A DNA stretch of 64,000 nt from a bacterium. GTDB taxonomy: Bacteria > Electryoneota > Electryoneia > Electryoneales > Electryoneaceae. This document shows, piece after piece, positions 9,013-16,953 of this stretch. A program made the translations under genes and the position numbers. Position 1 is the first letter of the stretch. Every line of letters starts with the position of its first letter. The notes under the pieces are model-generated. The model had not been told where the DNA came from, searched no databases, and was given only the letters and a program-made list of their open reading frames with translations. The stretch spans positions 160,001 to 224,000 of the forward strand of contig CAXXKJ010000001.1 in NCBI GenBank assembly GCA_963675295.2, in the 5' to 3' direction.

Positions 9013-10572
9013 ATGAATCGCGGATCGTATCCCTCAGGGCTGCTTGCCCTCTTCGCGCTTGCTTTCCTCGCCTGTCCAGCGCTGGTCCATGCTCAACCTC
9101 ACGTGATCTGGCAACGGGAGATTGGTATCTCGCGTCAGGACTATGCCCTTGGTCTGGAAATCTGTGAGAATGGCGACTATCTGTTTATTTCATCTATGGA
9201 TTACCAGAATCACGTTGTTGATAGAGTATCACCCGACGGAATTATTGTCGGATCTACAGATATTTTGGATAGTCAAAGTGGATACGAACTTGAAATGATA
9301 GAATCGGGCTATTTTCTGGCTCAAACATACCTCCATGATCCAGACTCTTCATACACTATGATCTATAACTCAATGTTTGAGCCAATCATGACATCGGATA
9401 CGTATCCAGGGAGTGGAGGATCGGCACACAGATGCAGAACTGGTGGTTTTATCGCGTGCGGTGACAGTTACACTACTCATACAGCATATACAACAAAGTT
9501 GAGCCCCAGCGGCGAGGTTGTCTGGTCTCTCGCGTGGCCAAACCTGTACAGTGGGGTGTCGTCATTTGATGTTGCATCTGATCACTTGGGAAATATCTAC
9601 GATCCGCTGAACTATTACTACGGCGGCAGCGAGACGGTCATCAGGCTCGTCAAACTGTCAAGTGATGGGAGTATTCTCTGGATAACAGAGTATCCGGAAT
9701 CAAACAACCCGTATATCCATTATGTCGGCGAGGTCAGTGTGCGGCCTGATGGCAATATCCATATGTGTGGTGTGCTGGACATCGAACCCGACACGCTCTA
9801 CTCGGTGATGAATGTGACACCAGATGGAGATGTCGTTGACTATTTCGGAGCTATCGATGACCTCGACGATATTTGCCAGATGCATGATGGCGGATACCTT
9901 GCGATCAACATTTCCTACCCGAACTTCCTGATCTTCACCCGTTACACCGCTTCCGGTGATCCGCTGTATTCCTGGACTCACGAGGTATCGACGAATCCAG
10001 ACATAGAGTGGATTGAACGTATTTTCGCGAAAACCACCCCAGATGACGAAGTGATCGTGTTTGGCTGCTATTACTACAACCTTGGAGGGGGTGACTACGA
10101 TTACAACCCATTCGCGGTGAAGATGGATCTCGGTCCGACCGATCTGCAACTCGAAGTACAGCCACTCACCAATACTTCGGTAATCTCAGCTCCAGGACAG
10201 TTTTTCTGGAGTGGTACGCTGACCAACACCACAAACGCCAACATCACCACCGATGTCTGGGTGCTGGTACGCGGTCCTGCTGGATATCCAAGCGAACCGC
10301 TGTGGGTCTGGCAGGATATCAATATCCCTGTTCCGGCAAACGGCAGAGTCAGTGCGATCCTGCAACAGGACGTTCCCGCCGACGCCGAAACCGGACAATA
10401 CAACTACATCGTACGGGTTGGCGATTACGACGCCCCCGGCGGTCCACGCCATACGATCCAGGCGTATTTCCCGCTACGGGTTGTTGATGGCGCCGAGGTT
10501 GATCTTGATCCGCCACGGGTCCACGGTGTCGTTGCCGCGCCGCTTGCTGCCCCAACGCTTCGAAAACGATAG
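9013..10572 (+). CDS. Secreted beta-propeller-like protein with C-terminal Ig-like adaptor domain but no CTD
   Basis: Signal peptide (VHA-Q) and repeated KLS.xG.xxW blades. Ends with LEVQP...DVWVLVRGP...QDVPADAETGQYNYIVRVG. Confidence 0.75.
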   Translation: MNRGSYPSGLLALFALAFLACPALVHAQPHVIWQREIGISRQDYALGLEICENGDYLFISSMDYQNHVVDRVSPDGIIVGSTDILDSQSGYELEMIESGYFLAQTYLHDPDSSYTMIYNSMFEPIMTSDTYPGSGGSAHRCRTGGFIACGDSYTTHTAYTTKLSPSGEVVWSLAWPNLYSGVSSFDVASDHLGNIYDPLNYYYGGSETVIRLVKLSSDGSILWITEYPESNNPYIHYVGEVSVRPDGNIHMCGVLDIEPDTLYSVMNVTPDGDVVDYFGAIDDLDDICQMHDGGYLAINISYPNFLIFTRYTASGDPLYSWTHEVSTNPDIEWIERIFAKTTPDDEVIVFGCYYYNLGGGDYDYNPFAVKMDLGPTDLQLEVQPLTNTSVISAPGQFFWSGTLTNTTNANITTDVWVLVRGPAGYPSEPLWVWQDINIPVPANGRVSAILQQDVPADAETGQYNYIVRVGDYDAPGGPRHTIQAYFPLRVVDGAEVDLDPPRVHGVVAAPLAAPTLRKR

Positions 10573-10588
10573 TTCCTGACACATGAAG

Positions 10589-10613
10589 ACCCGGGCTGCG
10601 TGGCAACCCGGGT
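10589..10613. terminator. Hairpin between convergent genes; near-duplicate at 11477-11500
   Basis: ACCCGGGCTGC-GTG-GCAACCCGGGT. Confidence 0.55.
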
Positions 10614-10653
10614 TCAGTTTGCTGATTCGTTTTTAACTGCTGCCGGACCGGGC

Positions 10654-11049
10654 TCAGTCCTCAGGCAGCTTGCAGAAGCAGTGGGTGCCCATGCCTGCGA
10701 TGTAATTCTGCGAATATCCGCCGACATAGACATACATGGTGTAGTCGCCTTCAACGGCATATGCCGGAATCTGAATGCCGCAGCCCGGGATAATGTTTCC
10801 CATCGGATACAGCCAGAAGCACTGCAACATGTACGGGCCGCCGGTGCAGTCCGGACCCTCCACCATCAACCAGATTTCCCCGGCATGACCAAAGCCAAGG
10901 TTGTTGTGCAGGTTCACATTGAAGCAGAGTTCTCCGCCTGCCGCCGGGATCTCGGTGCAGGAGCAGTTGACGGTCACATCCACCTGATCCGCCACCGCCA
11001 TGCTGGCCATGAGCATCACGCCCAGCAGGATCACCAGAATTTTCTTCAT
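10654..11049 (-). CDS. Small secreted Cys-rich single Ig-like domain protein (131 aa, 8 Cys)
   Basis: GAAGGGGG RBS and signal peptide MKKILVILLGVMLMASMAVA. Paralog of 11529-11924. Confidence 0.8.
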   Translation of the reverse strand: MKKILVILLGVMLMASMAVADQVDVTVNCSCTEIPAAGGELCFNVNLHNNLGFGHAGEIWLMVEGPDCTGGPYMLQCFWLYPMGNIIPGCGIQIPAYAVEGDYTMYVYVGGYSQNYIAGMGTHCFCKLPED

Positions 11050-11185
11050 CTTGTCCCCCTTCCAAGGTGTACTGCGCCTTCCATCCATTTCAGCACAACG
11101 CTGATACGGATGCCAAATATCATTAATATGCTAAATATGCCTATAGACTTTCTCTTCTTTAAGTTTATGGATACTAATCTCTATT

Positions 11186-11215
11186 ACAACTCCTATTATT
11201 GTATCAGCGAGCCTG
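11186..11215 (-). promoter_or_regulatory. Conserved upstream box with extended -10 (TGATACAAT), copy 1
   Basis: The 21-bp ACAACTCCTATTATTGTATCA is identical at 12061-12081. Both copies lie 137 bp from their start codon. Confidence 0.6.
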
Positions 11216-11528
11216 TACTAGTATGATCTATTAATGATACATAGCTTTCAGCTATGTATCATACCTTTCTAGTTTTCACGAGCTTAGCGGGGACGGGCGG
11301 TGAGTAAGTGTTGCCGGGGTGCGAGAAATCAGGAGAGGACTCGGACGCACGAAAACGGGACCTCGTTCAAATGAGCGCGAGGGAGCCGTCGAACTCTGTT
11401 CAAAGAAACGAGATCGGTGCTGTTGGGATAGCGATAAACCGAAGTGACTCAGCGTTTATCTGGACTCAAAATAAATACCCGGGCTGCGATGCAACCCGGG
11501 CGGTAAGCTTGCGTGATGAGGCCTGGTG

Positions 11529-11924
11529 TCACTGGGCGGGTAGCTTGGTAAACGTGTCGGTTCCCATCCCCGCGATGTAATTCAGGTAGTATCCGCCGAC
11601 GTATACGTGCAGCATGAATTCACCCGGGAGCAGGTAGGCCGGCATCGGAACCACGCAGTCGGTGAACACGTTTCCCGACGGATTCAACCAGAAGCACTGC
11701 AAGCAGTAGGGGCCACTGGTGCAGCCCTGCCCTTCCACCATCAGCCAGATTTCGCCGGCGTGACTGAAACCGAGGTTGTTCTGTAACGTCACATCAAATG
11801 TGAGATCACCGCCTTCCGCAGGGATTTCCGTGGTCACACAGGTGACGGTCACATCCACATCATCCGCAAAGACCGCCCCGGTCACGAAGATCACTCCCAT
11901 CAGGATTACCAGGAATCTCTTCAT
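11529..11924 (-). CDS. Small secreted single Ig-like domain protein (131 aa, 5 Cys), paralog
   Basis: Same length as 10654-11049. Shares TEIPAxGG, NNLGFxHAGEIWLMVEG, LQCFWL and YVGGY..NYIAGMGT. Confidence 0.8.
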   Translation of the reverse strand: MKRFLVILMGVIFVTGAVFADDVDVTVTCVTTEIPAEGGDLTFDVTLQNNLGFSHAGEIWLMVEGQGCTSGPYCLQCFWLNPSGNVFTDCVVPMPAYLLPGEFMLHVYVGGYYLNYIAGMGTDTFTKLPAQ

Positions 11925-12060
11925 CTCTTCCCCCTTCCAAGGTGTACTGCAGAAACTATCCACTCCAACTGTGAGCTGATGTGGATACCAAATATCATAA
12001 AGCAACGGAAATCAATTTGTGAACGGCTTTATATAAGAACGTATCCCAAGAACCACCGTA

Positions 12061-12090
12061 ACAACTCCTATTATTGTATCAATGAGCCTG
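12061..12090 (-). promoter_or_regulatory. Conserved upstream box with extended -10 (TGATACAAT), copy 2
   Basis: Identical 21-mer plus GAGCCTG, as at 11186-11215. Confidence 0.6.
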
Positions 12091-12341
12091 AAGACTCATT
12101 ATTCAATCTCATAAATGAGACAGTACTCTTGTTAATATGCCATTCATTTCCAATGAGTTAGATATGGGGGATCCTTGCAATGAGTCAGCAATCTGATGAG
12201 TGCCGCTGAGAGACAATGGTGGGGAAAAACCGTACCGAGTCGAAACGAAAGGGTTAGAAACATCTAACTTTTGTCTATGAAATGAGTTCGGGGAGGAAGG
12301 GGTACAATCCGTAGGCGGAGTGATGAACTGTGAGCTACGCG

Positions 12342-12713
12342 TCAGCCGCGGACACATGCCCAGGCTTCTTCTTCGTCGTAGAACAACTTCACCTTCAATC
12401 CACGGTTGTAGGCGACATTTTCGTAAAACCTCGCGTTTTCTGCTTCGGCAGGAACGGTCAGAATCGCAAAGCGTTCCAATGGATTGGCACGATGCGCTAA
12501 AGCGTCCGCGGATGCAGCACGGTACACCTCAATCGTATCGAAATCGGTTTGTATCTCACGGCTGTCAATCAACAAGCGATTGCAACCCGTTTCCCTTATT
12601 TTCTCATGCATACTTGAAAAATAGCGCTTGTACTCCTGCTGATTACCGATGTGACCGGAAGAACGCACGATCAATATCGATCCCTCTACGGTGTAGGAAA
12701 CCTCAAACGACAT
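12342..12713 (-). CDS. STAS/SpoIIAA-like small protein
   Basis: 123 aa with LLIDSR, FAIL and FYENVAYNRGLKVKLFYDEEEAW. Paralog of 12794-13165. Confidence 0.7.
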   Translation of the reverse strand: MSFEVSYTVEGSILIVRSSGHIGNQQEYKRYFSSMHEKIRETGCNRLLIDSREIQTDFDTIEVYRAASADALAHRANPLERFAILTVPAEAENARFYENVAYNRGLKVKLFYDEEEAWACVRG

Positions 12714-12793
12714 AGATTTCTCAGAATCTCTGTTCAGAACAGTCCAATCGGGACTGGATCCAGGTCAATCAGCACGCGCAGTTTCGACGAAAG

Positions 12794-13165
12794 TCACTCC
12801 TTGATCCAGTTGCGTGCTTCTTCCTCATCAAAGAAGAACCGGATTTTGAAACCACGGTTGTGTGCCACGTTTTCGTAGAACTGAGCATCCGACAATAATT
12901 CCGGAGGCAGAATCACGCCGAACTTCTCCGCGGGAAATCTACGGATCGCCTGCGCGTCTGTCGTCGCGGCGCTGAATATGTCCAACGTGTTCAAATTCAC
13001 TTGTAGATTGCGATCATCCGCCAGTATTCTCGTGCAACCCGCGCTGAGCATGTGTTGCAGAATTAGCGCTGTGTTCTGTTCAAGCTCCTCGTCGGAATTC
13101 ACCGTGCCAGTTACATGGACAAACAGAACCGTTCCGTCAACGGAAAACTCATTTGCGACAGGCAT
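12794..13165 (-). CDS. STAS/SpoIIAA-like small protein, paralog
   Basis: 123 aa from ATG 13165, with ILADDR and FYENVAHNRGFKIRFFFDEEEARNWI. Confidence 0.7.
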   Translation of the reverse strand: MPVANEFSVDGTVLFVHVTGTVNSDEELEQNTALILQHMLSAGCTRILADDRNLQVNLNTLDIFSAATTDAQAIRRFPAEKFGVILPPELLSDAQFYENVAHNRGFKIRFFFDEEEARNWIKE

Positions 13166-13417
13166 CGCGCAATCCAAGTAATGATCGGGGGACTGGACAG
13201 CAATGGAAGTATAGATCCGGGGCTGGTTTCTGCGCAAGATAAACCTGTAAAACCACAAGAGTTCGGGTATACGTTGAAAGCACACAGTTGCGACAAATAC
13301 ATGAATCCCGGACCAAAGGCCCGGGATTCGCAGTCTTCCTGGATGTGGACCGTTCAGGGCGGAACCACTCAGGAGGACCCCCACTTTATGTATTTGATGC
13401 ACAACCTCTGCTTTGGT

Positions 13418-15295
13418 TTAGTCAAGTAGAGTCGTGTACATCTCCACCTCGTCCTCTGTATACCCCAGATGAGCCCAGTCAAGCACACCGTCCGCCGTGT
13501 GGCACTGGTTGCAGGTGAGGGCGCCATCACGACGGATCGCATGGCTGACTTCCATCGCGGCGTCCATCGGCAGCCAGCGCGGTTCCATCATCTCGCCTTC
13601 CTTGAGTGCTTCGTACTCGGAGGTGTTCCACTCGTCCACGTTCATGAACGCCATGAATTTGTCCATCAGGTAGTACTTGAACATCGCGCCGTACATCATC
13701 CCCATCATGCTTTTGTCAAGTTCCACCATCGCCGCCTGCTTCGGGTCGCCGGTGGTGTAATACGTCGGCAAATTGTAGGGGACATACATCCCGCCGAACG
13801 GCCCGATGTTGCTCAAGTCGATGTGCTGGCGACCGTTGAAGCGCTTCATCACGTACAGTTTGGACGGTTTCATCTTGGCAATTGGACGCATGGTTTCTTC
13901 GTACCACTTGTCGTAGTCGAAGTTGGCAAACTCCGGCCACACATTGTCCGGATCGTAGAATTTGTAGAGGTTCTCCCCGTTCGGGTTGTCGCCGATCGGG
14001 TTGCCGAGGAAGCTGGCGTCACCGTTCCACCAGACGTACGTGAGGCCGTTATCCGCAGCGGTCGTTGCTTTCTCTTCGTCCGTGTACACGTAGATCCCCG
14101 GATGTTCTTCGAACTCCGGATGGTCGAAGTCACGGCGGGTCGCGTTATCCTCCTGCAACGTCGGGATATGGCAGGTCTGGCAGGCGACGATGTCCGTGTG
14201 CTCGTTGTAGAAGTCGGCGTTTTCATAATCGCCCACATGCGGCGCGTCACCGTGGCAGTTGGTGCAGCTGACATCAATCGCCGGCAGGTCATTGGTCATC
14301 ATCGTCGTCGTGTGCTGTCCCTTGGCGATCAGGTGGCCTTCCGTCGTGTGGCAATCGATGCAATCGACACCCGCCGCAGCGTGGACATCCCAGGACGGCG
14401 AATACGGCGTCCCACGCTTCGAGCCCGGGTGCGCGATACGCGGCTTATCGTGACCGAGATTGCCCTGCGACTGCATGAAATGGGCGTCCAGTTCATCGAT
14501 GTAGATGTCGCCGCCGAAATTGTGCTGGTGGCAACGCAGGCAGGTGGACGACGTCGGCGTGACAATCGACATTGCCGCGAGCATCGACCGGTCCTGCGTC
14601 CAGTAGCCGAGGCCGTCATCCGTGTACGCAACTTGCTTTTCGTTCATGTCGTAGGCTGCCGCGTGGCAGATCAGGCAGTCGATCGCGTCCTTCTCCGCCT
14701 GCGTCGTGCGGTACCCTGGCATAATCTCGCCCAACGGGGCCTGCACCTGGCCGCCAATGTGGCACTGGCCGCAGCCTTCCGACAGTACCGTACCGTCATC
14801 CAGTTTCACCTGTTCCGCCCACGCGGTGAACGCGAACGATCCCGGCTTCGGGCAGGGACGGTCGATCTTGCCCATCGGGAAATCGTCCGCGAGCTCGCCG
14901 TTGAAGCCCCAGACGTTATCGTGATCGGTGGTGAAGAACTTGTAGTGCGCGGACCCGAGCAGGTTCTCCATCAGGTCGACAGTGATCGTTTCGCCAGTCT
15001 CTGCGTCCTCGATCTGCGCGGTGGCATGACACTCAAGGCAGGTCTGCGGGCCTTCATAGGTGCGGATGCCGGCTTTCCGGAAACGGTCGATGTGATCAAA
15101 ACGGTCCGGATATGCCCCGAGCAGCTCGCTGGCGAGATCGTCGAACTCATCATCTGAAATCGTTTCACTGGCGAAGGTTATTTCCACCGGACGGCTGTCC
15201 GCAGGCAACATCGAATTGATGATTGCCGGCCAGAACGAATAGCCAACGACAGCCAACACGGCGACAACAACAACCGCAATCATCACACCACGCAT
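13418..15295 (-). CDS. Octaheme c-type cytochrome, octaheme tetrathionate reductase (OTR)-like
   Basis: Eight CxxCH motifs (CLECH, CGQCH, CLICH, CLRCH, CIDCH, CTNCH, CQTCH, CNQCH). OTR-like features include GK..C after heme 1, WDVH, CQTCHIP and a distant last heme followed by LGY. N-terminal membrane anchor. Confidence 0.8.
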   Translation of the reverse strand: MRGVMIAVVVVAVLAVVGYSFWPAIINSMLPADSRPVEITFASETISDDEFDDLASELLGAYPDRFDHIDRFRKAGIRTYEGPQTCLECHATAQIEDAETGETITVDLMENLLGSAHYKFFTTDHDNVWGFNGELADDFPMGKIDRPCPKPGSFAFTAWAEQVKLDDGTVLSEGCGQCHIGGQVQAPLGEIMPGYRTTQAEKDAIDCLICHAAAYDMNEKQVAYTDDGLGYWTQDRSMLAAMSIVTPTSSTCLRCHQHNFGGDIYIDELDAHFMQSQGNLGHDKPRIAHPGSKRGTPYSPSWDVHAAAGVDCIDCHTTEGHLIAKGQHTTTMMTNDLPAIDVSCTNCHGDAPHVGDYENADFYNEHTDIVACQTCHIPTLQEDNATRRDFDHPEFEEHPGIYVYTDEEKATTAADNGLTYVWWNGDASFLGNPIGDNPNGENLYKFYDPDNVWPEFANFDYDKWYEETMRPIAKMKPSKLYVMKRFNGRQHIDLSNIGPFGGMYVPYNLPTYYTTGDPKQAAMVELDKSMMGMMYGAMFKYYLMDKFMAFMNVDEWNTSEYEALKEGEMMEPRWLPMDAAMEVSHAIRRDGALTCNQCHTADGVLDWAHLGYTEDEVEMYTTLLD

Positions 15296-15451
15296 CTTGC
15301 ACCTCTCTTCACAAAGCTTGGATTGGGGGTTCAGTTTCGGGTTTGATGCGGAGTGGGAGAGGAGGTTGTGTCGTTTGGGGAGTCTAACTTTTAGTATGGA
15401 AAAGAGTTAGCATAGACTACGTCGCAAAGCTCGGGGTAGGGGCGAATCAAC

Positions 15452-15486
15452 AAAAAACGCCCGGTTCAGCGATTGAACCGGACGTT
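15452..15486 (-). terminator. Rho-independent terminator
   Basis: Stem AACGCCCGGTTCA/TGAACCGGACGTT with an A-run on the + strand (U-tract on the minus strand). Confidence 0.75.
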
Positions 15487-15511
15487 CACAGTGGATCGAG
15501 GGGCGTTGGCA

Positions 15512-15706
15512 TTACGCGTCCGCCTGTCCCGCCTCTTCCATGCGCGCCAACAACGCGCGACCTTCCGGCGACAGATGCACCTTGTCCTGAATCTCGATCA
15601 GCGAGGTGTTCGACCGCTGTTCGTCCGTGCGAGCCGCTACTTCCGGCTTCGTCACCTGCTGTGCCTGCTGCGCTGTGGCTGCGTGAACACTCATGTCAGT
15701 CGACAT
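15512..15706 (-). CDS. Small 64-aa protein with DKVHLSPEG motif (FlgM N-terminus-like)
   Basis: Strong GGAGGAG RBS and its own terminator. Confidence 0.65.
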   Translation of the reverse strand: MSTDMSVHAATAQQAQQVTKPEVAARTDEQRSNTSLIEIQDKVHLSPEGRALLARMEEAGQADA

Positions 15707-15947
15707 CGTTCACTCCTCCGTTTACCAGGTTCTACTTATCCAATCGGCAGATTCAAGAAAAACTGAACCCCTGGCACGGAAAAATCTTTCAGCGGGCGAA
15801 TCATAAACGTTCACCACTCACTTTAACCTTGCGTGAGTGCAGTAGCATCAACAGGTTAGCAGTATTTAGCGATCCGTGAATCCAGAGAGGCAAGGAGAGG
15901 CCTGTTCGCGCCCTGCGATGCCCCGGGCCGAGACGATCACACGCGCT

Positions 15948-16784
15948 TCAATCGTTGGATTGAACCAGCATCGTCAGGTTGTACACAGTGTGGAATCCGG
16001 CTCGCTCGGCATTCCGCTGCGAATCGCTGCCGGGATCGGTGAGGAAGATGACGACCTCGCACCCCTCAGCGCGAGCATCGGACAACCGCCGCCGAATGAA
16101 GGCGGACTGGATGCCATGACGCCGAAACTGCGGCAATGTTGCGGAAGTCATCAGGCAGGCCATCGGGGGGATCACGTTGAGGCACGCAGCCGCGGCGGGT
16201 TCTCCGTTCCAGCGGGCCAAATAACCGATACCCTCCGGGATGTGCACCATCGGCAGATGAAACATCGGATCCATCAGGTAATCGTGACCGAGCGTCTTAA
16301 ACCCTTCCGCTATCAGCTCAGCCCACTCCCGATCCCGGTCGGCGGGCAGGCGCTCGATGCTCAATCCCGAATCAGGCGCGGCATTGTCTGCTGTGGCAGA
16401 GTTGTTCGGACTGATCAAATCGGCGTCACTGAGTTCACGCACCAGCACCTGCATCCAGTACTCGATGTTATACCCACGGCGGCCAAGCTCGGCGGCGAAC
16501 GCCTTGTCACTGAATGGATTGAGCGCAAACCGGCTGGGCAGGTCATTTGAACGAAACAACGCTTCTACGGTTTCAAGCGTCTCCGGGTCGACCGGTCCAT
16601 TCATCCCGAAGCCGGTCGCACGACCCCAACGTCCCGGGATCAAACGAACCGATCCACTCGGGAATTCCTGGGTCAGTTGGGGTGTGTCCGGGGAGAGTGT
16701 CTGGCGCACTTCTCCGGTCGAAACCGCGAGGCGATGCATGAAACGGTCGATATCCAGCGCGAACTCACGAGTGATATGTAGCAT
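15948..16784 (-). CDS. GNAT-family acetyltransferase
   Basis: SATLPQFRRHGIQSAFI motif A and SQRNAERAGF motif B. Confidence 0.85.
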   Translation of the reverse strand: MLHITREFALDIDRFMHRLAVSTGEVRQTLSPDTPQLTQEFPSGSVRLIPGRWGRATGFGMNGPVDPETLETVEALFRSNDLPSRFALNPFSDKAFAAELGRRGYNIEYWMQVLVRELSDADLISPNNSATADNAAPDSGLSIERLPADRDREWAELIAEGFKTLGHDYLMDPMFHLPMVHIPEGIGYLARWNGEPAAAACLNVIPPMACLMTSATLPQFRRHGIQSAFIRRRLSDARAEGCEVVIFLTDPGSDSQRNAERAGFHTVYNLTMLVQSND

Positions 16785-16953
16785 CGAAGCGACTCACAGT
16801 TTGATCCCCACCGGCCGTGAACATGTGAAAGTAGTTCATTCCGGCCTGAATGAAAACATGGACACGTCATCGTTCGCACGCACCGGAAAGCTGTAACTTG
16901 CGGAAAGGTCGTCCGTCTCATCGTAGAGCCCCGGATTACCACCAGAGGACGCC

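Noticed and set aside
3630-16900. Recurring TAnnTT(T)G-like words upstream of several genes (about 3641, 6472, 7874, 16894) resembling the Bacteroidota -7 element
   Set aside because: The motif is too short and variable to support without statistics or transcription start data.
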